A stretch of DNA of 64,000 bases, from NCBI GenBank assembly GCA_951406725.2, contig OX597827.1, positions 61,504,001 to 61,568,000 of the forward strand, read 5' to 3'. This document shows positions 12,439 to 24,490 of this stretch, piece after piece. Positions within the stretch are counted from its first letter, which is position 1, and each line of letters opens with the position of its first letter. Source of the stretch: Octopus vulgaris. Its lineage: Eukaryota. Both the position numbers and the translations under genes were made by a program. Below the pieces are notes generated by a model. The model saw only the letters and a list, made by a program, of their open reading frames with translations. It was not told the origin of the DNA and ran no database searches.

Positions 12439-12561
12439 ATTTATTTTATAGAAGGAGCTTCTACAGCACTAGAACTGTTTCATTCAAAAGAAATCATCAG
12501 GAAGCTCGATGATTTCTTTTGAATGAAACAGTTCTAGTCCTGTAGAAGCTCCCTCTATAAA

Positions 12562-12567
<6 letters not shown>
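12439..12567. mobile_element. Palindromic Penelope-like terminal fragment between two (TA)n tracts
   Basis: ~60-bp inverted arms (12439-12498 and 12508-12567) containing a hammerhead motif; flanked by (TA)n at 12322-12370 and 12566-12599. Confidence 0.7.
12455..12507 (-). ncRNA. Type I hammerhead ribozyme (minimal, Penelope-type)
   Basis: Minus strand GAGCUUC-CUGAUGA-UUUCUUUUGAAU-GAAA-CAG-UUCUAGUG-CUG-UA-GAAGCUC: 7-bp stem I, intact core, weak stem II, paired stem III, GUA cleavage triplet. Confidence 0.75.
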
Positions 12568-12602
<35 letters not shown>

Positions 12603-13034
12603 AATGATGATTTGCATATTCATTTTTAATACATTCCAGAAGATTTGAATGTGTGAATAAGCTAATTACTGTCGTGTTTCACCATTGGTGAACAACTTCT
12701 TTCAGACGAATATGTGTTCATAACACACTCAAATCATTAGTTTAAAGGGACTTTGAGACATCCAGTGTTTTGACATCATTGTGTCTCATCAACCAAAGCT
12801 ACCCTGGACTATTGAATCCAACAAGAGTTTGTGGCTCTCATTCATAACTTCAGCAGAAAATTATTAGCTGAAATGTTCCGATATCTGCCAACCAATAATA
12901 ATAAGTCAGAACAATGACTTGTATATTTATTCTTAATAACATTCTGGCAGATTTGAATGTCAGTTTGTTAATTACTGTTGTATTTTCTTCATTAGCAAAC
13001 AGTTGCTCCTTTCAAATGAATGGAAACGCCTTGC

Positions 13035-13737
13035 TAACTAGAACTTTATTATGTAATATAAGAGTTGGTTCACCCTTGGCATCAATCACATTGTTAATAC
13101 ATTGTGGAATTGGTTCATACAAATTCCGAATGGTTGTTAGGGGAATTTTGAGCCACTCTTCAAGTAAAAACCTGTTTTAGCCCTTTCAACAGCAATGGCT
13201 GAGGGAAGCAGTCCTTCACTTGTTGCTCCAAAATGCACCATAAATATTTAATTATATTGAGATCTGGTGATTGTGAAGGAGTGGGGGCAATCCAAATTAC
13301 TTACTTCTTTTCTATGCTCTTCATACTAAGTTTGAATAACATTAGCCTAAGTGAATCAGTGCATTATGAACTCGGAAGATTGTACAACCATCAGGGAACT
13401 ATGTCTGTACCATATGAACATCATCAGCCAAAATACTCAAATACTCAAGGCGGCAAGCTGGCATGAACGTTAGCACACCAGGTGAAATGCTTAGCAGGAT
13501 TTCGTCTGCCACTACATTCTGAGTTCAAATTCCGCCGAGGTCGACTTTGCCTTTCATCCTTTTGGGGTCAATAAATTAAGTACCAGTTACGCACTGGGGT
13601 TGATGTAATCGACTTAATCCGTTTGTCTGTCCTTGTTTGTCCCGTCTGTGTTTAGCCCCTTGTGGGCAATAAAGAAATGAGAAAATAGATTAGTTAGTTT
13701 AAAAAAGCAGTTTCCATTATTTTGTCAACTTCCGTAT
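13035..13737 (-). mobile_element. Degraded Tc1-like element interrupted by a family B SINE (13448-13682)
   Basis: Similar to 24491-25525; ends in GTTTCCATTATTTTGTCAACTTCCG|TA, the inverse of that element's terminal repeat. Confidence 0.55.
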
Positions 13738-14444
13738 GTGTATAAGTTTGTATGTGAATGTGAATTCACGTGTATCTTCATACATGTGTAAATATAAGCA
13801 TTTTGACCTCAATAACTGATAATTTTCCCTTAAAAGAATGTAATCCATAACTACCTTTCAACAAACCATCACAACCGTTAAATTTTCTCTTCTTCCTGTG
13901 ACATGACTGCATCCATTAAATCTGATTGGTTCCTTGCAGCAGGTTTTAGCCAAGGTTAGCTGGAGAATTGCTTACCAAGTTATGAAAATGCTGGTTCATG
14001 ACAGTAGGTTTGTTCCAAAACAGGATAAACAATTCACAAATATACCAACACAGATGAATGCCAGTAGTCAACTGCATTTTTCCATATTATCTTCTTATTG
14101 TCAGTTTGAGACGTGAGAATATCATCTTTTAAAATAAAATCTCTTTTGTCACTTTATTTTTGAAAAATATGAATAAATAAATCCATTTCCTTAACTTAAT
14201 ATTCCAACTCAGTCTCAAAAATGTCTATACCTATTTATCAGAAACAAAGTTACAATGGATTTTTTAAGAGAAAAAATACTTTTTTTTTTGTTTTTTGTTA
14301 AAATCTTTGCTGAAATTCTTCAGGATTTTTGTATTATTTTTTTGAACTGTGATAAGAGGATTACTGACACTTTGCCAATCAGGTGGTTTATGATTTCACA
14401 AGAGACTAACTAACTGTGTAGTTGGATGCATTGGATTTAATCTT

Positions 14445-14654
14445 TTACTCTTTTACTTATATCAGTCATTTGACTGTGGCCCTGCTGGAGCACTGCTTTT
14501 AGTCAAGCAAATCGACCCTAGGACTTACTCTTTGTAAGCCTAGTACTTATTCTACTGGTCTCTTTTGCCGAACCGCTAAGTTACGGGGACGTAAACACAC
14601 CAACATCAGTTGTCAAGTGATGTTGGGGGGACAAACACAGACACACAAACGTAT

Positions 14655-14685
<31 letters not shown>

Positions 14686-14855
14686 CACATACATACATAC
14701 GACAGACTTCTTTCAGTTTCAGTCTACCAAATCCACTCACAAGGCTTTGGTCAGCCCAAGACTATAGTAGGAGACACTTGCCCAAGGTGCCACTCAGTGG
14801 GACTGAACCCGGAACCATGTGGTTGGTAAGCAAGCTACTTACCACACAGCCACTC
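14445..14855 (-). mobile_element. Full-length family A SINE
   Basis: CTTTTACT tail, internal (CA/TA)n and tRNA-like head; same as the copies at 30720-32822. Confidence 0.85.
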
Positions 14856-16825
14856 ATTCTGCAGTTGATAACAAGAAAAGCTAAAGTTCGTGAATATGGT
14901 AACTCAGCTTACAGAGAAAGTTGAAATGGCTGTACCACCAAGTTTTATGTTATAATGAATCTGAGTTATCCTAAAAGGTCATGCACCTTTTAACCAGACT
15001 AAATAAGGATCTTATTTAACTTAAATTACATTTTTAAAATAACCAAAAAATTGGAAGAAATTTGTTTGAATGACCATCTTCTTTATTATTAAGCTAGTGT
15101 TATCATCAGCATCATCATCATTGTCATTTTAATATCCCACGCTTTGGTCATCCCAAGGCTATAGTAGAAGACACTTGCCCAAGGTGCTACGCAGTGGGAC
15201 TGAACCCGGAACCATGTGGTTGGTAAGCAAGCTACTTACCACACAGCCATGATGGTTGTGGTTATGGTGATGGTGGTAGTGGTAGTGGCATCAGTGGTGG
15301 TAGTCTTTATAGCAGTAGTAGTGGTGGAGAGAGAGATTAAAGGTCATGGCAGTGATGGTGAAAGTGGTGATGATGATGGTGGTGGTGAAGGTTATTATAT
15401 TACATTGCCAATGTAATTTAAGACCACTCAGGACAATGACAAGTATTATGAAGGGACATGTATGGCCTTAGTATTTCAGGTTATTTATCCTTTTTCTAAC
15501 TATTTATTAGTTTTCTTTTTTTTTATTTGACACTTTGGTGGAATTTTTTTATGTTTATTTATATTTTTATGTTATTGTTCTTTTTTGTGTTTATGTTATT
15601 TTTACATGTCAATAGGGAGCTTCTGTGTAGGCAACCAACCTGCTAGAAAGATCTCTCTTTTAAATAACCCACTATGCAAAAAAAAATGGTGGAGGTGCAA
15701 TGGCCTCCAGTAGTTAGGGCAGCAGAGTTACGGTCAGAGGATTGCGGTTTCAATTCCCAGACCGGGCGTTGTGTGTGATTATTGGGTGAAAACACCTAAA
15801 AGCTCCACGAGGCCCCAGCAGTGGGGGTGGCGACCCCTGTTGTACTCTATCGCCACAACTTTCTCTCACTCTCTCTTCCTGCTTCTTGAGTAATGTTGCG
15901 ATGGACTGGCATCCCGTCCAGCTGGGGGGAACACATATGCCACAGAAACCATGAAACTGGGCCCATAAACCTGGCTAGGCTTGAAAAGGGTGACATTTAA
16001 ATGTATGCAAATAATGGAAAGACACTTGATAATGTGGTCCTAGATGCATACTGACTGAAAAATAGTTGAGGTGGTCATAGGACTGGATTGGTTAGCGTTA
16101 GGAAGGGCATCCAGATGTAGAAACATTGCCAGATCAGACTGGGCCTGGTGCAGCCTTCTGGCTTCCTAGACCCCAGTTGAACCGTCCAACCCATGCTAGC
16201 ATGGAAAGCGGACGCTAAACGATGATGATGATGGCTATAGTTTTGAAACAGTGATTTTTAAGTAAGTATAGTTATGATTTTAAATACAATCTGAAAAAAG
16301 TTTAAATGTGGGAACCTGTAGGAAAACTGGTTTTCCAATTAAAAACTTTAACCACTTGAATACAAAAATTCCTTTTCTCCCCACCCAAAAGGTCACTAAG
16401 TGGGGAATAAAATATATTGAATCCTAATCAAATAAGACTGACCACAGTGAAACAAAAGCCACGCCTCCTTCACCTCCCCCTTCCTCTCATACTTTTTTCT
16501 TCTTTCTTTTCCCTTTCTCCACAAACTCCCAAAACACACTCCTACTTTCTTTTCTCTATCTTCACTATCTCACACTCTCTCACCCCTGCACTTTACTTTC
16601 TAATTTGTTCCCTCCTCTCTCTCTCTCCCTCTCTCGCTCTCTCTCTCTCTCTCACTCTCTCTCTCTCTCTCTCTCAAACATCATCAGTTTCAATTGTATA
16701 TAAAAAGGCAAAGTAAACTTACTATAAGCCACTTTTTTGATAAATCTGATAACAGAAGAAAGTGCTAAAAGTGTAAATAGGAATACATATAATCATTCAA
16801 TATTCTGGCTACCTTGTTATTCTCA

Positions 16826-16863
<38 letters not shown>

Positions 16864-18054
16864 AATATAAATAATATATAAATATATGCATATATACATA
16901 CATATATGTACGTACCTACATCTATATGTACATGTACATGCATATATGGGTACAGGACATCAAAAAAAACGTTGAACACAATGAGAAACCAAAACCATAA
17001 AATAAAAACCTGGAAACAAACTTTTTTTCAAACAACGAAAAACAGAGTACAAGACATACAACACAAGGAATATTCCCCTTCTTCAGTTGTCCCTGTTTTG
17101 TCTACTCCATGTTTTGAAGGTAAGGACAAGGTGCGACTTCATTGAAACAGTCCTTCCCACAAAGTAAATTAAATAAAATTTGGGGTTTTTTGCAGAGGGG
17201 TAAAAGTGGTAACAAGAACAGGACAGTATATATGTGTATATATATATATATATATAGGCACAGGCACAGATGCGTGGTAAGAATCTTGCTTCCCAACCAC
17301 ATGGTTCTGGGTTCAGTTCCACTGTGTTGCATCTTCAGCAAGTGCCTTCTACTATAGCCTCAGGCCTACCAAAGCCTTGTGTGTGGATTTGGTAGATAGA
17401 AACTGAAAGAAGCCCACTGTGTGTGTGTCTTTGCATCTGTCCCACCACCACTGAAAACTGGTGTTGGTGTGTTTATGTCCCCATAACTTAGCAGCTCAGC
17501 AAAAGGAACCAACATAATAATTACTAGGCTTTAAAGATATAATTTCTGTTGTTGATTTCTCCGACTAAAACCCTTCAAGGCAGTGCTCTAGCATGGCCAC
17601 AATCAAATGACTGAAACAAGTAAAAGATAAAAGAGATATATTTATATATACCATTATCATCATCATCATTTAACATCCATTGTCCCTGCTGATATGGGTT
17701 GGTCAGTTTGACTAGGGCTGGTAAGCTGAGGTTTTGCATCAGATTCCAGTCTAATATGGCATGTTTCCTACAACTGGATGCCCTTCCTTGTGCCAACAAC
17801 TCCAAGAGTGTAATGGGTGCTTTTAGGTGCCAGTTTCATGACAGCAGTATCTGTCACAACTATGATTTCACTCAGCTTTATGGATCTTTCTTCTCAAGCA
17901 CAACATATTGCCAAAAGTCTTTGTCATTTGCTCTCTGAGGCCCAGCGCTTGAAAGGTGTTTTTTATGTGCTACTGGCATGATTGCTAGTTCCACAACACC
18001 AGCATTGGCCGCATTACCTCATATATATATATATACATATATATATATGTATTA

Positions 18055-18570
18055 AGAGTTATCACCAAGCTAATATGGCAGCCCAGAAATATAGGACGAA
18101 TGCTGCCATTAATTATCTCCAAGAGGTCATCGCCTCTAGCTAGTTATGTGATACACGAACCTGTGTCCATTATAACCGTCAAACAGGGGAAGTCAGCCGC
18201 TTCCCCTTGCCAGTCAGACATCTGCAGACTAGTTTCAGGGTATTTGCCCCTTATCAATGTAGAGCAGCCGAACCCAAAAGGCATCGCTACTGACCGTCTG
18301 TTCGAAGGATTATTTACCTAAATTCAGTGGAATACATCCACTGGTTTCCAAAAATAGAAATATTGATATTTCTAATTCTCTCTAGAGGAAACTACGGCAG
18401 CGGTACTGGATATTAATAGTTATCACCAAGCTAATATGGCAGTCAAGAAATATAGGATGAATGCTGCTGTTGATTAGCTCCAAGAGGCCTTCACTTTGGC
18501 GATAACTATTAATATCCAGTACCGCTGCCGTAGTCTCCTTTAGAGAGACTTAGAAATATCAATATTTCTA
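18055..18570. mobile_element. Penelope-like terminal structure: direct repeat, inverted repeat and degenerate hammerhead, inserted in (TA)n
   Basis: 18055-18140 repeats directly at 18417-18490; 18355-18428 is inverted at 18496-18570; minus strand 18221-18263 reads TCTACA-TTGATAA-GGGGCAAATACCCT-GAAA-CTAG-TC-TGCAGA. Confidence 0.7.
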
Positions 18571-18573
18571 CAC

Positions 18574-18618
<45 letters not shown>

Positions 18619-18819
18619 TGCAGTTTTGATATTAGTTCATGGATCCCCAATAGTATCCTTTCTTGACCTCCAGGGGTCTATGAACCACCAAGCTGGGAGT
18701 TTCTGACATAGAAAATGCCCCTATCATTCATTTTTTGTCAGTTGCCTTTTATTTTGAAATTATTTTTGTCTTATTTTGTATTTTTATTTTTTTTATTGTT
18801 GGTTTTAATTTTTTTTTAG

Positions 18820-18927
18820 GTGACCCTAACTGTCCGTCATTTGCTGTCTCACATGGGTGGTATTCGTCACTACGACAGGACGTATATAGATAAGGATGCT
18901 GATAAAACTAGTAACGATAACTCTAAG
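18820..18927 (+). CDS. LACTB: LACTB exon 4 (VTLTVRHLLSHMGGIRHY...)
   Basis: LLSHxxGIRHY family motif; poly-T TAG| acceptor, AAG|GTGAGG donor; 108 nt, phase 0/0. Confidence 0.96.
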
Positions 18928-20029
18928 GTGAGGACTGGATTCCTTAAAGAGTCACGATTGCTTTCTAATTTTTTTATACACACATACATACATATATTGG
19001 GTGGTTGAAAAGATGCATGGGCATTATTAGATGAACCCCAATTTCAACTGTGCATAGTTGGAAGAAAAAAAGAACCAGGAACAAAATTAGCTTATGGGAG
19101 ACCCAACTTTACATGCAGGACCTAGGGTGAAATTTTGAGACTTTTTAATTGTTTTTCTATATGCCATCAAATGCACGTGTGTGTGTGCATGTGTGTTTGT
19201 GTGTGTGTAGGAAATATCCTAAAGGTTAAATCCAATTTTAATTCACCTGAATTACATGATGTAATTGATCTGTTCATCAATAAAAATCATGGCCGAAACA
19301 GCTGTAGTGAACCACCGCCCATTTGTGTTGTATATATATATATATATATATGGAAGAAGGTTTGAAAATGCAATTTTAAAGATGTTTATTCACTTAACCG
19401 GTTTCACTTTTTTAGAAAAAGTAAGAAAAAGTAAAATGCAAAGCTTTGTATAAGCTTTGTTGTGTTAAGTACTGGTTGTCACAAAAGTATTAAAATACAG
19501 ATATACATTCTTTGATAATAATAAGAAAATGTTAAAAACAGCTTACAAGAAAGTATTTAAGAAAATATTCAACAAAAAGTATTAGGAGTTCAATAAAAAT
19601 CATGTTTGTTTGGTAGTATATATATACACAAAAGGATATATATTGAAGAGTTTACAAAGAATTTGAGAGGAACCAACCTGTCCTCCGAGCATTTTTTATT
19701 TTGTGTGTAGCTAAGGATTGTTTGCTATTTTAAGGGACAGTGTGGGAGGTTGGTTGAAGTGGGGGGAAGGAAGAGTAATGTGGAATTAAAAGGGTTTTTT
19801 TTTTGTTTCTGGATTATTCTGTCATGGTTCAGTGGTTTTTGGGACTGGTCAGAAAAGATAATGGAGCCTGGTGTGACTCCTGGCCTTATCAGCTCTGGCC
19901 AAACTGTCCAACCCATTCAAGCATGGAAAATGGATGTTAAATGATGATGGTGATGATGATGAGGATTACTTGTTTTCATGTTTTTGCTTTATTTTTTTAT
20001 GTTTTGTGTCTGTGTTTCTCTTTTACTAG

Positions 20030-20110
20030 GATGATTCAAAGAGTACCAATAGCACTGCAACCAAGAACAACAACACTGCCACCAAGAACAACAACACTGC
20101 CACCACCAAT

Positions 20111-20141
<31 letters not shown>

Positions 20142-20300
20142 CTAACAACAACAACAACAACAGCAAGGAACTTGCTAAACTATCTGAATGTTCAAACAAC
20201 AGCGACTACAAAATGGAGGAAATGTATCTGAAAAAGACCTTCAAAAATGTTGACGAATCCCTAATGCTCTTCAAGGATGACCCTCTTGTTCACAAACCAG
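20030..20300 (+). CDS. LACTB: LACTB exon 5 with poly-Asn/Thr low-complexity insert, ending FKDDPLVHKPG
   Basis: TACTAG|GATGAT acceptor in frame with MEEMYLKK...FKDDPL; CAG|GTAATT donor; 271 nt, phase 0/1. Confidence 0.9.
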
Positions 20301-20325
20301 GTAATTTGATTGTTTTTAAAATATT

Positions 20326-21202
20326 CTTATTTCTTTATTGTCCACAAGGGGCTAAAGATAGAGGGGACAAACAAGGACAGACAAAGGGTTTAAGTCGATT
20401 ACATCAACCCCAGTGCATAACTGGTACTTATTTAATCAACCCTGAAAGGATGAAAGGCAAAGTCGACCTCGGCAGAATTTGAACTCAGAATGTAACACCT
20501 GACGAAATACTGCTAAGCATTTTTGGGGAAGGGGCCAGTCAATTAGATTTGACACCAGACAAAATACCTATTTCTTTACTACCCACAAGGGGCTAAACAC
20601 AGAGAGGACAAACAAGGACGGACAAACGGATTAAGTCGATTATATCAACCCCAGTGCGTAACTGGTACTTCATTTATTGACCCCGAAAGGATGAAAGGCA
20701 AAGTTGACCTCGGCGGAATTTGAACTCAGAACGTAAAGACAGACGAAATACCTATTTCTTTACTACCCACAAGGGGCTACACACAGAGAGGACAGACAAG
20801 GACAGACAAACAGATTAAGTTGATTATATCGACCCCAGTGCATAACTGGTACTTCATTTATTGACCCCGAAAGGATGAAAGGCAAAGTCGACCTCAGTGG
20901 AATTTGAACTCAGCACGTAACGGCAAACAAAATACTGCTAAGCATTTCACCCAGCATGCTAACGTTTCTTATTTCTTTATTACCCGCAAGGGGCTAAACA
21001 TAGAAGGGACAGACAAGAACAGACAAACGGATTAAGTCGATTACATCAACCCCAGTGCGTAACTGGTACTTAATTTATCGACCCCGAAAGGATGAAAGCC
21101 AAAGTTGACCTCGGCGGAATTTGAACTCAGAATGTAATGGTAGACGAAATACCAGTAAGCATTTCATCTGGCGTGCTAACATTTCTACCAGCTCGGCGCC
21201 TT
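20326..21202 (-). mobile_element. Tandem array of ~4 family B SINE units
   Basis: Repeated TATTTCTTTA...CCCACAAGGGGCTAAAC...GAAAGGATGAAAGGCAAAGTCGACCTCGG...GAACTCAGAA units at ~20326, 20568, 20751 and 20968. Confidence 0.85.
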
Positions 21203-21664
21203 AAAATATTCTGTTATATGTTGCTTAAAAAATTTCTTAAAACTGTCACTGTTCTTGGTTGGTTTATAATTCAGAGAAGCTTCTACTTTTTCACAAAAAC
21301 CTAGCACAGTTCTTCTTTTGTTTTTTTTTTCTTCAATCTTTTATTCTTTTTAATTTGTTTCAGTCACAGGATTGCAGCCATGAATGGTGCACTGCCCTGA
21401 AGGGTTTAAGTTGATCAAGTCGAGCCTAGTGCTTACTTTTCGATTCTGATACTTATTCTATTGTTCTCCTTCACTGAACTGCTAAGTTATGTGGAGGAAA
21501 ACAAACCAACACCGGTTGTCAAATGGTGGGATGGGAGACAAGCACAAAAGTGCACATGCATACACACACACGGCAGCCCTCTACAATTTCTGTCTAGCAG
21601 TAAAAAGAAAACATAGATGCAAAAGATATTTTTAAAAAATTAATTATGGAAACAAGTACTCATC

Positions 21665-21698
<34 letters not shown>

Positions 21699-21844
21699 TC
21701 TTCATAATTTAACATTCATTTTCCTTGCTGGCATGGGTTGGATGGTTTGACCAGAGCTGGTAAGGCAAGGGGCTGCACCAGGCTCCATTGTCTATTCTGG
21801 CATGGTTTCTATGGCTTGATGCCGCCAACCACTCCACAGAGTGT

Positions 21845-22180
21845 ACTGGGTGCTTTTTATGTGGCACCAGAACCAGTGCTTTTAATTCGACACCCACACC
21901 AGTGCTTTTTATGTGGCACCAGCATCAGTGCTTTTAACGCAACACCTGCAGCAGTGCTTTTTATGTGGCACCAGCACTATTTATGTGGCACTAGCATGAA
22001 TGCTTTTTATGTGGCACTAGTATCACTGCTTTTTATGCAACACCAGCATCAGTGTTTTTAATGTGACACCAACATAAATGCTTTTTATGTGAAACCAGCA
22101 TCAGTGCTTTTTATGTGGCTCCAGCATCAATGCTTTTTATGTGGAACCAGCATCAGTACTTTTTACATGGCACCAGCACC
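21845..22180. repeat. ~28-bp tandem repeat (CAGTGCTTTTTATGTGGCACCAGCAT) inside a family C element
   Basis: About a dozen degenerate head-to-tail units with no unique spacers. Confidence 0.8.
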
Positions 22181-22391
22181 GATATCTGTTCTGCTGTGGC
22201 AGACAGGTCTTCTTCTTGAGTACTAGTGAAGCAGATGGTTCTAATGAATATATATTGTTGCAGGTGCAGCTATATGGTTAAGAAGTTTGTTTTAGAAGAA
22301 ACACACAAGTTTTCCACAATTCCCATCTACTCAATTTTCTCATTAGGATTTCACTCCTTATGCCTTTAGTAGAAAGGATTATCATTTTTAA

Positions 22392-23118
22392 GATGGCAAG
22401 CTGGCAGAATTGTTAGCATGTTGGTTGAAATGCTTAGCAGTATTTTGTTTGTCTTTACGTTCTGAGTTCAAATTCCACTGAGGTCAACTTTGCCTTTCAT
22501 CCTTTCGGAGTCAATAAAATAAGTACCAGTTGAACACTGGGGTCAGTGTGATTGACTTATCCCCTTCTCCCAAAATTGTTGTCCTTGTGGCAAAATTTGA
22601 AACCATTATTATTATTATTATTTTTATGGCAAGTAAGGCGGGAAGCTGGCAGAAACGTTAGCACGCCGGACGAAATGCTTAGCGGTATTTCGTCTGCCAC
22701 TACTTTCTGAGTTCAAATTCTGCCAAGGTCGACTTTGCCTTTCATCCATTCGGGGTCAATTAAATAAGTACCAGTTATGCACTGGGGTCAATATAATCGA
22801 CTTAATCCGTTTGTCTATCCTTGTTCATCCCCTCTGTGCTTAGTCCCTTGTGGATAGTAAAGAAATAGGTATTTCGCCTGTCTTCATCTTCTAAGTTCAA
22901 ATGCTGCCAGGGTCGACTTTGCTTTTCATCTTTTCAGGGTCGATAAATTAAGTACCAGTTACACACTGGGGTCGATGTAATTGACTCATCCCCTACCCCC
23001 CCAAAAAAAACTTCAAGCTTTGTGCCTATAATAGAAAGGATTATTACGATGGCAAGCTGGCAGAATTATTAGCACACCACACAAAATGCTTGGCAGCATT
23101 TCTTCTGGTTTTACATTA
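22392..23118 (+). mobile_element. Cluster of ~4 family B SINE units (the last a short head fragment) ending just before LACTB exon 6
   Basis: Repeated GGCAAGCTGGCAGAA...TTCTGAGTTCAAATT...GACTTTGCCTTTCATCC...AAGTACCAGTT. Confidence 0.85.
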
Positions 23119-23143
23119 CTGTTATCATCTGTCATTCATCTAG

Positions 23144-23309
23144 GCAGTAAGTTTCTGTATACAACACACGGCTGGACATTGGTGAGTGCTGTCTTGGAGA
23201 AATCTTCAAATATATCTTTAACGAAGATGATGCCCTCAGTGTTCAGAGACCTCGGACTTCACAACACCTACCTGGACAGGAATAAACCCATCATATATAA
23301 CAGATCCAG
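23144..23309 (+). CDS. LACTB: LACTB exon 6 containing the second active-site motif (FLYTTHGW)
   Basis: SKFLYTTHGWTLVSAVLE...TYLD...IIYNRSR; CTAG| acceptor, AG|GTGAGG donor; 166 nt, phase 1/2. Confidence 0.95.
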
Positions 23310-23747
23310 GTGAGGAGAAATTCTTCCTTATTACTCACTTATTATTATGGAATTTTTATCACTTTTTTTAAAAATCTTCTTTTACTTGTTTCAGTCATTG
23401 GACTGTGGCCATGCTGGGGCACTGCCTTGAAGGGTTTTACTCAAACAAATTGATCCCAGGAGTTATTTTATTTTTTCTTTAGCTTAGTATTTATTCTAGT
23501 GGTCTCTTTTGCCAAATTTGGAGATTACGGGGATGTAAACAAACAAACACTGGTTGTCAAGCAGTGATGGGAAGCAAATGAAACACAAACACAATGACAC
23601 ACACGCACTTAGATATCAACGTATTGGGGGTTTTTTCAGTTTCCTTCTACCAAATCTACTCACAGGGCTTCGGTTAGCCTGGGGCTATAATAGAAGACAC
23701 TTTCCCAGGATCCTGTCATGCAGTGGGACTGAACCCCAAACCACATA

Positions 23748-24190
23748 GTCACTGATCTTGTTAGGAGAAAAACAATTAGTTTTAAATCTCTGAGCAAGAA
23801 ATAAATAGGAACAACACTACAGAGTAAAGTCTATTTTCTAATGTAAAGGGGGAGTCCTGATTGTGATGGTGTTACTACCTTCTTTAGCCCCAGGAAAACA
23901 TCTTTTCCAGCTGGCTATCAATGTGCAACTGTGTCCTGATACTTTGAACAAGGAATACCTGTGAACCAATATCTTCATCGGCACAGGATCACTTTTGGCC
24001 AGAGATGGCAGAACTAGGTCGTGTTCAAGATGGATTTAAAACTAATCATTTTTCTCCTTACAAGATCAGTGACTGTGTGTCACTTTAGAAGTATATACCT
24101 CAAGTGAAGCCTAGTGGTGCCATCTCTAACCAAGGTTTTCCTGTGCCAATGAAGAGAAATGATCCAGAAACTGTTGGTCTGCAGGTACTA
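23748..24190. mobile_element. Rearranged Penelope-like fragment with two inverted-repeat pairs and a core-mutated hammerhead
   Basis: 23748-23790 inverted at 24028-24073; 23972-24018 inverted at 24109-24156; + strand 24140-24185 reads CCTGTG-CCAATGA...GAAA-CTGTTGG-TC-TGCAGG. Confidence 0.55.
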
Positions 24191-24490
24191 TTTAAGGCTG
24201 AGTGAGGACATTAGCTCCCTTGCTCAAGGTGTCACACAAATGGCACCCATGCCAGTGGAATGTAAAAGCACCCATTACACTCTTGGAGTGGTTGGCATTA
24301 GCAAGAGCATCCTGCCGTAGAAACCATGCCAAATCAGACTGGAGTCTGTTGCAGCCGTCCAGCTTGCCAGCCTAGGTCAAACCGTCCAACCCATGCCAGC
24401 ATGGACAATGGATGCTAAATGATGATGATTAATTGTAATAAAAGGAGAAAAATTTAAAGTGTATATCGATTTTTGGCCCACCCTGTATAT

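Noticed and set aside
17040-17095. Additional hammerhead (minus strand GACAA-CTGAAGA-AGGGGAATATTCC...)
   Set aside because: No GAAA core element after stem II; at most a relic.
19941-20231. Poly-Thr mucin-like ORF
   Set aside because: Wrong frame of the (AAC)n tract; the frame continuous with LACTB exons 4 and 5 reads poly-Asn.
21845-22180. CRISPR-like array of ~28-bp repeats (likewise 3227-4330 and 61425-61645)
   Set aside because: Head-to-tail degenerate units with no unique spacers, no cas genes, and a eukaryotic context.
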